A stretch of 64,000 nt of DNA from Nitrospirota bacterium (GTDB lineage Bacteria > JACPQY01), in assembly GCA_016180645.1 (NCBI GenBank), contig JACPAV010000014.1, forward strand, positions 1 through 64,000, given 5' to 3'. Both the position numbers and the translations under genes were made by a program. Under the pieces are notes generated by a model. The model made no database searches. It saw nothing but the letters and a program-made list of their open reading frames with translations, and was not told the DNA's origin. Positions 28,923 to 38,022 of the stretch are shown piece after piece. Each line of letters begins with the position of its first letter. Position 1 is the first letter of the stretch.

Positions 28923-30352
28923 CCTCCGAAGAGTGCACAAAATAGGAGCGCGAGTCCACCCATCTCCAAGGGCGTATCCACGGTGATCCACGCCCCCAAG
29001 GCCCAGAGCAGGGCGGCCAGTGCGGCGCCGGCGGCGAGGACTTCGATCTGCGACAAACTGAAAGTCTGCACTCGGGTTTTGGAGTTCATGAGGAGGACGA
29101 GGGGAATTTTGGAAACGGCCGTCCCGGCGCAGGTGATCCACGCGGCGGTCACACCCGCACCCCCCGGGATCAGGAGCGGACCGAGTACCAGCGTGAGAAT
29201 CATAGGGAGGCTGTTGAAGAGCGTGTAGGCGTAGGGTCTGCCCGTTGCCGCGAGAACCTCGCCGGCCGGCCCACCCGCCGTATACGCGAAGTGACCGAGG
29301 ACCAGCAGGATGAGCGGCGCATGCCCGAAGCGCGGCTCCATTCCAAACGCTTCCATCAAGGGCGCCCCGAAGAGGAGGGCGAGAACCACGGCGGGAATCG
29401 TGGCCACGGTGCTCCACAGGGCTGCGGCGCGCGCCGATTCCCTGAGCCGCTTGTGGTCTCCGGTGGTTGAAGCCTCCGCCAGCAGGGGCGACATGATGGG
29501 GGGAAACGCGGCACGAATCTTGACGATAATGAATGCCACTTCCGTGGCAAGGTTATACGCGGCGACCTGCGGGAGAGGGAGGTAACGCCCGACCAGAAAA
29601 ATATCGACGCGGCGGGAAAGAAGGGTGGACATGTTCACGCCGCCGAGCGCCACCGAGTAGGAAAAAGTCTCGCGGTGAAACCACGCAGGGTGCGGCATGA
29701 ACATTTGGCCCAGGGAGAAATGGCGCCGTGTGGTGACGAACGCCACCAAGACCACGGCGAATTCGGCGACAAGATGCGCCACGAAAGGTCCCTCCGCTTT
29801 GGGGATCGGCAGCTGGAACTGTAGAAAGAGCAGGGCCAGAGAAACCATCGCGAGAGGCTCAAACATCTCGATCCCGATGACGTAGTACTTCATGATCTTG
29901 AGACCCCGCGTGGCGGCGAACAGGATTCGAGCCAGCGTGGCCAGCGGAAGGATGGCCCCCATCCACCGGAGTCCGGGGGCGACCTCCGGCTTGCGGAACA
30001 GCAGACTCGCCACCGGTTCGGCGCCCAGGACCAGTCCCGCGCCGAGGACGAGGGATGCGAACGCGGGCAGCAGTATCGCCGTTTGGAGGCAGGACCGCTC
30101 ACGAGCCCTGTCGGTTCCCCGGTACCGCGGAATGAAGTTCCAGAGTGCGTTGTCGAATCCCGCGAGGCAGAGGAAGAGAAGAACGTCGTATACGGCGAAA
30201 CTGAGGGAGTACACCGCGTACTCCGACGTGCCGTAGAGTTTGGCAACGATCCAGAGAAAACCCACGCGCGAGGTGCGAAGCGCGATGCCGGTGAAATTCG
30301 TCAGGACCCCCCGGCCCAGCGAAGACGAAGGGGTCAAGTCTTGATTTGGCAC
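28886..30352 (-). CDS. Wzx-like oligosaccharide flippase; start uncertain (lies inside a repeat)
   Basis: Many TM helices; RVDIFLVG..VAAYNLA; LLIP..G..AAW. Confidence 0.85.
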   Translation of the reverse strand: MPNQDLTPSSSLGRGVLTNFTGIALRTSRVGFLWIVAKLYGTSEYAVYSLSFAVYDVLLFLCLAGFDNALWNFIPRYRGTDRARERSCLQTAILLPAFASLVLGAGLVLGAEPVASLLFRKPEVAPGLRWMGAILPLATLARILFAATRGLKIMKYYVIGIEMFEPLAMVSLALLFLQFQLPIPKAEGPFVAHLVAEFAVVLVAFVTTRRHFSLGQMFMPHPAWFHRETFSYSVALGGVNMSTLLSRRVDIFLVGRYLPLPQVAAYNLATEVAFIIVKIRAAFPPIMSPLLAEASTTGDHKRLRESARAAALWSTVATIPAVVLALLFGAPLMEAFGMEPRFGHAPLILLVLGHFAYTAGGPAGEVLAATGRPYAYTLFNSLPMILTLVLGPLLIPGGAGVTAAWITCAGTAVSKIPLVLLMNSKTRVQTFSLSQIEVLAAGAALAALLWALGAWITVDTPLEMGGLALLFCALFGGWIWKRKLLRAD

Positions 30353-30422
30353 AACTTCCGCGGATGGGGGTTACGGGCGGTCGGGCCGCGGCCCAAGAAG
30401 TATCAAGTCAAGACTCGACCCC
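30330..30422. repeat. GGGGTCAAGTCTTGA inverted-repeat element (copy 2)
   Basis: Arms match copy 1 at 19297; right arm ccaagaagtatcaagtcaagactcgacccc. Confidence 0.8.
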
Positions 30423-30429
30423 ATGGGGC

Positions 30430-31569
30430 TCATACGGGGTCGAGGACCGATTCGATGCGGCGGGCCATCACCGGAGCGGCGAAATTCTTTCGAACGTGAT
30501 CCGATGCCGCGCGGGCGATCCGTCCGGCCAGGGCCGGATCGTCCAAGAGTTTCAGAATCCCTTCCGCGAATTCGAGCGGCGCACCGGGCGGCACAAGGAC
30601 TCCATCCTCGCCATCGTGGATGATTTCCGGGATACCACCGACCGCCGTGGCCACCACCGGCACGCCCATGGCCATCGCCTCGATGACGACCCGCCCGAAC
30701 GGCTCTTGAAGCGAAGGAATGGCGGCCACGTTCACCTCGCTCAAATAGGGCCGGATGTCCGGAACGGCGCCGGTGAAATGGACCGCGCTTTCGACGCCCA
30801 ATTGACGGACACGGTCGGCCAACCGTTGTCTAAATCGGCCGCTGCCTCCGACGGGCTCGTCGCCGACGAGAACGAACTGTGCGTCGCGTTGTCGTCGAAG
30901 CACGTGCGGTGCGGATTCGACGAGGATCTGCGGTCCCTTCCGTGGGATCAGATTTCCGAAATATCCGACGAGCGGCGCCGATCGCTCCAGCTTCAGCGCG
31001 CTTCTGACGGCTCCGGACGCGTTTTGCGCGGAGAAGCGATCGAGGTCCACCCCGTTGTGAATCACGACGGTCTTGCCGCCCACCCATCGCGCGTACGGTT
31101 CCCGCGAAGCCTCCGAATTGCAGATCACCTTTTTCACCCGCGGCGAGCGCGCGAGCATCGGATAGAAAGTCGCTCGGGCTCGCGTGTCATGGATATTCCG
31201 ACAGTGAAAGACGACCGGCCTCCTGGCGCTTCCCCCCGCCAGCCAGCCGACCGGTTTTGTGAGCATATTGTTGCAGTAGATCAGATCGAACTCTCCGGAT
31301 TGGGCGAGCGCGGCGACCTCCCGCGCGGCGAGCGCGAGCCCGATGACGCGCCGGGGCGCCGAGGCCGGAGACTCCATTCGTTCAGGCAGGCTTCGGATCT
31401 CGGTCAGCGGAACACGCAAGCCTCGATACAGTTCCCCGAAAATGCCCGAGGAGGGCACGACCACATGGGGTTCGAATCGGGTCCGATCGAGGTTCTTGAT
31501 CAGGCTGTAGAGGCTCCAGCCGGCGCCGCCGCCTCGAACGCATGTGGAAAGGAAGAGGATCTTCTTCAT
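30430..31569 (-). CDS. Glycosyltransferase family 4
   Basis: GGGA..SL, IHNGVD, PRKG, EPFGRVVIEAMAMG. Confidence 0.92.
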   Translation of the reverse strand: MKKILFLSTCVRGGGAGWSLYSLIKNLDRTRFEPHVVVPSSGIFGELYRGLRVPLTEIRSLPERMESPASAPRRVIGLALAAREVAALAQSGEFDLIYCNNMLTKPVGWLAGGSARRPVVFHCRNIHDTRARATFYPMLARSPRVKKVICNSEASREPYARWVGGKTVVIHNGVDLDRFSAQNASGAVRSALKLERSAPLVGYFGNLIPRKGPQILVESAPHVLRRQRDAQFVLVGDEPVGGSGRFRQRLADRVRQLGVESAVHFTGAVPDIRPYLSEVNVAAIPSLQEPFGRVVIEAMAMGVPVVATAVGGIPEIIHDGEDGVLVPPGAPLEFAEGILKLLDDPALAGRIARAASDHVRKNFAAPVMARRIESVLDPV

Positions 31570-31604
31570 GGGGTGGAGGCCCACATGCTATTGCGTTTGG
31601 CCCG

Positions 31605-31638
31605 AAAAAAAAAGCGCCTCGGGGGATACCCAAGGCGC
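31605..31638 (-). terminator. Rho-independent terminator after the ferredoxin gene
   Basis: Minus strand gcgccttggg-tatc-cccgaggcgc hairpin followed by T9. Confidence 0.8.
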
Positions 31639-31658
31639 CGATTAGACTCCAGGGGAGA

Positions 31659-31991
31659 TCAGGCGGCCTTCTTCCCTCCGAGGGACATCAGCTTGTTGTA
31701 CTTTTCAGTGAGCTGCTCCTTGGATTCGACGATCTCCGAGTGTTTGGGGATGCAGTCCACGGGGCAGACATCCACGCACTGGGAAGTCTCGTAATGGCCG
31801 ACGCACTCCGTGCATTTGGTGGGAACGATATAGTAGACGTCATTGCCGATCTTGGCGGCTTCAACGGGATCATGGTCACCCGACTCGCCGGGGTAGATCC
31901 AGCGGACACCGGCTTCGTAAATCGCGTCGTTCGGGCATTCCGGCTCGCACACGCCGCAATTGGTGCATTCTTCTGTGATCATCAACGCCAT
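31659..31991 (-). CDS. 2x[4Fe-4S] ferredoxin (YfhL-like)
   Basis: CTNCGVCEPECP and CTECVGHYETSQCVDVCP. Confidence 0.93.
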   Translation of the reverse strand: MALMITEECTNCGVCEPECPNDAIYEAGVRWIYPGESGDHDPVEAAKIGNDVYYIVPTKCTECVGHYETSQCVDVCPVDCIPKHSEIVESKEQLTEKYNKLMSLGGKKAA

Positions 31992-32075
31992 GTTTTGCTC
32001 TCTCCTTCCGGGGTAATAATTGCCGGAAACACTATGCTACGCCTGCGGGAAACAGGAGTCAAATCGGGGAAACCG

Positions 32076-32158
32076 TCAGCTCTCAGCTTTCGGCTCTCAG
32101 CCACGAAATCCGAGCCGGTCCTGTTGATCCGATCGCTGCGCGCTGAACACTGATCGCT
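32076..32158. repeat. Heptamer tandem repeats (tctcagc-like) with an imperfect inverted array
   Basis: tcagc tctcagc tttcggc tctcagc ... gctgcgc gctgaac actgatc. Confidence 0.5.
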
Positions 32159-32161
32159 TTT

Positions 32162-32683
32162 CTACTTCTTCAGAGTCGCGATCCGATGCAGCTCGTCGTA
32201 GGTGTAGCTGGTCAATTCGCGGTCGGTAAATCGAAATTTCTTCACCAGATCGTCGACGTGCTTCTTCGCGTCGTGAACCGGGGTGGTTGGGTCCACCGGT
32301 GCCTCGATCTTGACGAACTTGCCGATGTCCAGCACGTCGTCCAGGAAGATCCGGATGGAGTCGAGCATGTAGCGGGATCGCTTGCGCTTGATCTCCACGC
32401 CCTGGCCGAAATTCGCCTGCAGGAACTGGCTCATCTTCCCGCGCTCTTTGAGCGGAAGTTTTTCGCACACGCAGAGCTTGGCGCCCTTGACCGCATCTTT
32501 GAAGTAGAAAAGGAGCGCCGACTTGCCGTCCTCGTCCGTCTTGAGCTTGTATTTGCCGCGCTTGACCTTGAAGTAGACGTCCTTCTCTTCCCACTCTCCC
32601 CCGCGGCGCGCCCCGAGGTCTTTGAGTGTCTTCTGGACGTCCGTGAACTCGTCCACCCTCGCCTTCGCTTCAACGGCTCTCAT
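32162..32683 (-). CDS. CYTH domain protein (class IV adenylate cyclase/triphosphatase-like)
   Basis: VEAKARV, DVYF, KRKR..Y, RIFLDDV..IGKFVKIE, YDEL. Confidence 0.8.
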   Translation of the reverse strand: MRAVEAKARVDEFTDVQKTLKDLGARRGGEWEEKDVYFKVKRGKYKLKTDEDGKSALLFYFKDAVKGAKLCVCEKLPLKERGKMSQFLQANFGQGVEIKRKRSRYMLDSIRIFLDDVLDIGKFVKIEAPVDPTTPVHDAKKHVDDLVKKFRFTDRELTSYTYDELHRIATLKK

Positions 32684-32740
32684 GGAATGTCAATACTCTC
32701 TACTGAAAAAGGGCGGTGAAATCAAGTGGCATCGTGGCTA

Positions 32741-34141
32741 CTAAATGGCCCACGCGATTTTCTCCATGATGTTCTGGAGGTGGCGCGGAGTGGAGCATTC
32801 GGAGGCCACTTGGCAGAAATGGCCGTAGATGTGCATCAGGCTGTCGCCCGTGCCCCAGAGGAGGGGACTCTCGGGGTTGAGCCAGACCAGCATCCGCGAT
32901 TTCTTGCGGATTTCCTGAAGGACCCATTCCTGACCCGGCCCGTAGTTGTTCCGGCCGTCGCCCAGAACGACCACAACGGTGGAGGACCTCACGTGGTTGA
33001 AATGCTCGTGGTAGAACTGTTCGAGCGCGGAACCGTAATCGGTGTACAGGTGCGGGTTCACCACCTTGCCCGTGAGGGCGAGCTGGATTGCGTCGTTGAG
33101 ATCGTGCGCCTTGAAAAGATCCGTGCTCTCGCCGAGGTCCCCCGCGAACAGGAAGCTGCGCACTCTCCGGAACGCCCGCTGGAGTTGATGCACGAAGATG
33201 AGCATGAACCGCGCGGCGTGACGGACGGAGCTGGAAATGTCGCAGATGACGATCAGCTCGGGCTGGTTGTACGGCCGCTTGCGGTTGAACAGTTCCAGCG
33301 GCAGGAGATCGTGCTTGATGTTGTGGCGGAGAATGCGGCGGATGTCCGGCACCCCCGTGTTTTCGCGGTGCTTCTTGCGGGACAGTACATCGTAGAAATA
33401 CTGGCTGAGGTTCTTGAGGATCTGCTGGACCTCCTTCGCCTCGTTCTCGCTGATGTTGTAGAAGGGGCGATCCATCAGGTAGTGCTCCCCGACCTTCCGT
33501 TCGGGCTTCACGTGCAGATCGCCGGGGAAGGCCGTTTCGATCTTCTTGGCCATTTCGGTGAGGATCCGGCGGAACTCCTCGGACATCGCCTGGATGACAT
33601 TTCCCGGGAGGCCCTCGGCCTGGAGTGCCTCCTCGATCTTTCGGAGGTCGTCGAACAGAAATCCCTTGATTCGCATCGGCCGGCGGAACATGCGAAAGAT
33701 GGGCGAGTCGGCCAGGTCGCGGTCCTCCCCGTAAAGGTCTTCGAGCATTTCGCGGAGGACTTCGAGCCGCCTCGGATCGGTGGAGAGGAGGTATCGGGCA
33801 AGGGGTGATAGGCGGTCCAGCAGCTTCGCCAGAACTTTCTCGATCGCCTCTTTCTGCGCGGGCGTGAGCTGGAGTTGGGAAAGCATGTCCCCCAGGCCGG
33901 GAAGATTGGCGTGGAGGCCGGTCGTCTGCCCGTAGAGGAAGAACAAGTTGTAGAGTTTGCGGAAAACTTCGAGGTCCACTTCACGCTTGATCAGGGCGGA
34001 TTCGAGGACGGCTTCGACGGCTACGGAGTCGAGCAGGTCGATTTTGCAGAGTCCCTGCATGGCATCGAGAAGTTCCGCGGGGGAAACCTGCACCCCTTCC
34101 TCGCGAAGTTTCTGGATGAAATCGAGCAGACGGTTCTGCAT
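32741..34141 (-). CDS. VWA domain protein, CoxE-like
   Basis: LR..GV.VS..E, CDISSS MIDAS, TDYG, LGDGRNN, WLNPE..WGTGDS. Confidence 0.88.
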   Translation of the reverse strand: MQNRLLDFIQKLREEGVQVSPAELLDAMQGLCKIDLLDSVAVEAVLESALIKREVDLEVFRKLYNLFFLYGQTTGLHANLPGLGDMLSQLQLTPAQKEAIEKVLAKLLDRLSPLARYLLSTDPRRLEVLREMLEDLYGEDRDLADSPIFRMFRRPMRIKGFLFDDLRKIEEALQAEGLPGNVIQAMSEEFRRILTEMAKKIETAFPGDLHVKPERKVGEHYLMDRPFYNISENEAKEVQQILKNLSQYFYDVLSRKKHRENTGVPDIRRILRHNIKHDLLPLELFNRKRPYNQPELIVICDISSSVRHAARFMLIFVHQLQRAFRRVRSFLFAGDLGESTDLFKAHDLNDAIQLALTGKVVNPHLYTDYGSALEQFYHEHFNHVRSSTVVVVLGDGRNNYGPGQEWVLQEIRKKSRMLVWLNPESPLLWGTGDSLMHIYGHFCQVASECSTPRHLQNIMEKIAWAI

Positions 34142-34222
34142 GGAGGGGATTGTAGTCGTCGGCGCCGTGTGGGGCAAGTTCCGACTTGCACTGGGATTCA
34201 TTCCGTGTCAAGAATCCTCCGA

Positions 34223-34435
34223 ATGGATTGGCAGACCGTTGAAGTCACCGCAAAGAGCTTCAACGAGGCCGCACGGAGGATCTCGGCCTTGGTTGGGGAT
34301 TCGATCGCCGAGGACGAAGTTCGGGTGACATACTCCGGCTGCCCCTCGTGCGGCCACCGCGTCTTCGCCTACGACATCCTGCCGAGACCCCAGCGGCTCA
34401 CGGATATCCCGGCCGAGTTCTTCCTGGGCGCCTGA
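34223..34435 (+). CDS. Small hypothetical protein with CxxC (70 aa)
   Basis: Fills the gap between the VWA and MoxR genes; host-like GC3; GCPSCGH. Confidence 0.55.
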   Translation: MDWQTVEVTAKSFNEAARRISALVGDSIAEDEVRVTYSGCPSCGHRVFAYDILPRPQRLTDIPAEFFLGA

Positions 34436-34492
34436 ACCAACTTCCTGGCGAGCTCGATCGAGCCGCGGTCCGGGATCAGAGCCGGGAGCGGC

Positions 34493-35449
34493 TCAGTTCA
34501 GCGAGGAGCGGACGGCGGACTTGATGGGAGTGACGGGGGTGGAGGTGTCGGCGAGGACTTCGTCGAGACGGGAGCGGACTTTCTTGAGATCCTGTTCGTA
34601 CTTCAAAAGCACGTTCAACGTTTCATCCACGAGCTTCGGATCGAGTTCCTTGGCGCTCAGCAAAACGAACACGCGCGCCCAATCGATGGATTCGCTCACG
34701 CCCGGTACTTTCTTCAAATCCATTCGGCGGATCTGCTGAATGGTGTCCACGACTTTCGCGGCCAAGGCGGCGGGGAGCTCGGGCACGCGGGTGCGGATGA
34801 TCGTCGCCTCCCGGTCTTTCTCCGGGTAGTTGATGAAGAGATGAAGGCACCGGCGCCGCAGGGCGTCGGACAAGTCCCGCTGCCGGTTATTTGTAAGAAT
34901 CACCAGGGGAATGTGGTTCGCCTTCACGGTGCCGATTTCGGGGAGCGTCACCTGCATGTCGCTCAGAATCTCAAGCAGAAAAGCTTCGAACTCCGACTCC
35001 GCGCGGTCGATTTCGTCGATCAGCAGCACGGTCTTCTCTTTTTTCAGGATCGCCTTCAGGAGCGGCCTCGGTTGAACAAAATCCATGGAGAAGAAAAGGC
35101 TGTCTTCCTTATGAAGGAGTTTCACGGCCTCGGCCAGGGAGGGGGCCTTGTCCAGAAATCCCTTGAGCCGGTCGCGCAGAATCTGTGTGTAGAGGAGCTG
35201 CTTGGAATACTCCCACTCGTATAGGGCCTTCGATTCGTCAAGCCCCTCGTAGCATTGGAGGCGGACCAATTCGCAGTCGAGCACGGAGGCCAGAGCCTTC
35301 GCGAGTTCCGTCTTCCCCACACCGGAGGGTCCCTCGATGAGGAGCGGTTTTTCGAGACGCAGGGCCAGGAAGACCGACGCGGCGATCCGGCGGTCGGCCA
35401 CGTAGCCTGCGTTCAACAGGCGCTTCTCGACTTCTTCTATGCTGTCCAC
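34493..35449 (-). CDS. MoxR-family AAA+ ATPase (CoxD-like)
   Basis: EGPSGVGKT, RLQCYEGLD, LLIDEIDR, LSDALRRRC; GAGG RBS before GTG 35449. Confidence 0.93.
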   Translation of the reverse strand: MDSIEEVEKRLLNAGYVADRRIAASVFLALRLEKPLLIEGPSGVGKTELAKALASVLDCELVRLQCYEGLDESKALYEWEYSKQLLYTQILRDRLKGFLDKAPSLAEAVKLLHKEDSLFFSMDFVQPRPLLKAILKKEKTVLLIDEIDRAESEFEAFLLEILSDMQVTLPEIGTVKANHIPLVILTNNRQRDLSDALRRRCLHLFINYPEKDREATIIRTRVPELPAALAAKVVDTIQQIRRMDLKKVPGVSESIDWARVFVLLSAKELDPKLVDETLNVLLKYEQDLKKVRSRLDEVLADTSTPVTPIKSAVRSSLN

Positions 35450-35472
35450 GCTGTTTCCTCTATTATTCTTCT

Positions 35473-36183
35473 GTGATGCTCGCGTCGCGCGTTTCCTACG
35501 GGCTTTTTCGAATGTCGCTGGCGCTCGGGTTGTCGGCCACGCCCCTGATGTTTCCATGCCGGGGGACGGCCGAAACGGCTTCGAGCCCGCCCAAAGCAGC
35601 GCGCATCGTGGACGGAATCATCGCAAAAGTCAACGGAGAGCCCGTGTTTCTGAGGGGAATGAAGGCCGATTACTGGCTCGCCCAGGGGGGGGGCGCCAAA
35701 ACCAGAATCCGCGATCGGATGGACCGAGTCCTCGACCGCAAGCTGCTCGCGCAGGAGGCGGAGCGGCTCAAGATGGGGGCCGGCGATGCCGAGGAGTTGG
35801 CCCGTGAAGTTCAGAAGAAGGTGCGGGATCTTGGTGCACGAACAGGCGGGGGGAAGGGTGGGGTGTCGCGGGAGGAAATCGAACGGTGGGTGCGGGAGGA
35901 TCTGGCCATTCGGGTGCTGAAAGAAAAGCGGATCGGCCTCCTTGTCGTGGTGTCCGATTCGGACGTGGAGACCTACTATGCCGAGCATGCCGGTGAGTTC
36001 GGCGGGGCGGCGCTTACGGGTGTCCGCCACAAGGTGGTGGATCGGATTTACCGGAAGAAATTCGATGAGCAGTATGATCGGTGGTTCACGTCGCTCAAAC
36101 GTCGGAGCCAATTCGAGGTGTTTCTCGATGAAGACCCCTGGAAGACGTTCGATTTCGAAGCGTATTTCCAATCGGGGCCGTGA
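35473..36183 (+). CDS. SurA N-terminal-domain-like periplasmic chaperone (no PPIase domain); start uncertain
   Basis: IVDGIIAKVNGE, LL.QEA.RL, VSDSDVETYY, W..SLK. Confidence 0.65.
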   Translation: MMLASRVSYGLFRMSLALGLSATPLMFPCRGTAETASSPPKAARIVDGIIAKVNGEPVFLRGMKADYWLAQGGGAKTRIRDRMDRVLDRKLLAQEAERLKMGAGDAEELAREVQKKVRDLGARTGGGKGGVSREEIERWVREDLAIRVLKEKRIGLLVVVSDSDVETYYAEHAGEFGGAALTGVRHKVVDRIYRKKFDEQYDRWFTSLKRRSQFEVFLDEDPWKTFDFEAYFQSGP

Positions 36184-36246
36184 GTCCGAGTCCGGATCCT
36201 GCGCGGCGAGTTGACTTGACCGGATTTTCACGCGATAAACTTACTC

Positions 36247-36561
36247 ATGCAAACCGTATCGGATGACAGCTTCGACAAAGATGTCCTGAAATCACCGGTC
36301 CCGGTGCTGGTGGATTTCTGGGCCGAATGGTGCGCCCCCTGCCGGGCCATCAGCCCGATGGTGGAGGAGCTGGCCAAGGAATACGACGGCAAACTCAAGG
36401 TTGTGAAGATGAACGTGGACGACAACCCAGGCACGCCGTCGAAATACCAGGTCATGGGCATCCCCACGCTGATTCTGTTCAAGGCGGGAAGCCCCATCGA
36501 TCAGGTCGTGGGCGCCGTGCCCAAGGCGAAGCTGGTCCAGCTCCTTCAGGGCAACCTGTAG
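36247..36561 (+). CDS. trxA: Thioredoxin
   Basis: VLVDFWAEWCAPC, GIPTL. Confidence 0.95.
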   Translation: MQTVSDDSFDKDVLKSPVPVLVDFWAEWCAPCRAISPMVEELAKEYDGKLKVVKMNVDDNPGTPSKYQVMGIPTLILFKAGSPIDQVVGAVPKAKLVQLLQGNL

Positions 36562-36592
36562 CGCCCCCATCCTGGTTCCCCGGAATGCGCCG

Positions 36593-36685
36593 GTGGTTCG
36601 ACACGCTCACCACGAACGGGCTCTTTCGGCTGGACAGACGGAAACACCGCTCGCCCTGTCCGCCTCAGGCGGATTGTCGAAGGGT
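36593..36685. repeat. GTTCGAC..GCTCACCACGAACGG / CCCTG..TGTCGAAGGG palindromic element with nested tccgcctcaggcgga hairpin
   Basis: Inverted ends ttcgaca...tgtcgaa; perfect hairpin at 36659-36673. Confidence 0.6.
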
Positions 36686-37732
36686 GTGCACTCCATCCCG
36701 AGATCGGCTCTCTCCGGATTGATCGCCGTGGGGGTACTGCTCCTCCCCGCCTGCGGGTCTGAGGAAACCGTCACCGAATGCCGGACAGAACTCCATGTGT
36801 CCTCCGCCAAACTCATTTGCCCAGCTTTCTCGGTGGTGTACGACTTCCAGAGGTCCCGGACTTCGATTGCCGACCGGAGCGGGCGGGTGGTGGTTCGCAA
36901 CGCGACGGCCACCTACCAGGTTCTTGATCCCAACACGTTCGAGGAGAGGCGGCTCACGAACTACGATGTGTCGGACGCCGAGCCGTTCGAAGGAGCACGC
37001 CTGGGCCCAAAAGAGCGGCACGGCACCAATGTAAAGTTTCCCTCTCCATTGACGGAGACGGAATCCGATTTCGGGAAGCAGGTTTTCATGATGGTGACGG
37101 CGGGAGGTGGACTGGGCGGATTTGAACAGAGATTCGTCGGCTTCTCCAGGAAGGATTTCCTTCTCATCTACACCTCCTTTTCGAGCGGGGTGAAGTGCCC
37201 GGCGAAGCTTCTGCGCCTCTCCCCGCTTGAGGTGGACGGCGCCAAGCAGCCGTGGTCTTCCGAATCCGAAAGGAGTGGGTTGTTCGTTGCGGGGCGGCCC
37301 GAGGACACGTCCGTCGATTGGCCGGAACCTTCCTATCAGATCATCCGCGACCTCCGTTCAGACCGGATGCTGCTCACGGGCGTCTTGCGGAGCGCCTTTG
37401 AGGTTGCCGCTCGCCAGGTGCCCGGAGAGCCGGCGGAATGCTCGATCGCTGGGCAAGCCCCGCCCACGACGTTCACCGAGCCGGAGCGAATCGAGAAACT
37501 TGCCTTGCGCGATCGCGGTCGAACCGGCTACGGCCGGTGGTCCGTGGAACAGAAATTCGATGGAGTGATCATGGATACCTCCGCAGGTCTCTACCCCATG
37601 GCGGTGCTGTACTTGGACCTCGGCCGCCGTCCTCGTGAAGAAGCCGAAGCGGATTTCCTTTTCTACCGCGAGCATTTCCGACCAGACGGCCTGCCGGGCG
37701 AATTCCCCTTCGCCTTCGCCGAGCCCGAATGA
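36686..37732 (+). CDS. Hypothetical lipoprotein
   Basis: Lipobox-like LLLPAC after a hydrophobic stretch; start placed after the repeat, uncertain. Confidence 0.6.
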   Translation: MHSIPRSALSGLIAVGVLLLPACGSEETVTECRTELHVSSAKLICPAFSVVYDFQRSRTSIADRSGRVVVRNATATYQVLDPNTFEERRLTNYDVSDAEPFEGARLGPKERHGTNVKFPSPLTETESDFGKQVFMMVTAGGGLGGFEQRFVGFSRKDFLLIYTSFSSGVKCPAKLLRLSPLEVDGAKQPWSSESERSGLFVAGRPEDTSVDWPEPSYQIIRDLRSDRMLLTGVLRSAFEVAARQVPGEPAECSIAGQAPPTTFTEPERIEKLALRDRGRTGYGRWSVEQKFDGVIMDTSAGLYPMAVLYLDLGRRPREEAEADFLFYREHFRPDGLPGEFPFAFAEPE

Positions 37733-37974
37733 TCTCGGGCCGACCACGGGCCACTGACCACAAATAACGATCCTGGGTACTCCTGTCCCCATCGCATAGA
37801 AAAAAAGTCAGGAAAAATCGACGCAGAGAGTCCAAGAGAGCTTGAATTTGAAGTTGGCACGCCGTTGCTGTAAGACGGTGCCCCATGAGCCATAGGGAAC
37901 ACTTCACAAATCGAGCCAGAGCAAGTCTCCAGGCCATTGAAATCGACTCAAACATCAGCCCCAATGTTTTCTCT

Positions 37975-37998
37975 GTAGCCGCGGGCTTCAGCCTGCGT
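37975..37998 (+). repeat. Single GTAG-type REP
   Basis: gtagccgcgggcttcagcctgcgt. Confidence 0.75.
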
Positions 37999-38022
37999 CC
38001 GAGAGTAATAGAAGGAGGTCAC

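Noticed and set aside
32162-32683. CYTH protein as a signalling partner of the cyclase-NACHT system
   Set aside because: 16 kb away in a housekeeping context; many CYTH proteins are triphosphatases rather than cyclases.
37855-37869. TGGCAC-GCCG-TTGCT as a sigma-54 promoter for the large lipoprotein
   Set aside because: Only 9 nt between GG and GC; sigma-54 spacing is strictly 10.
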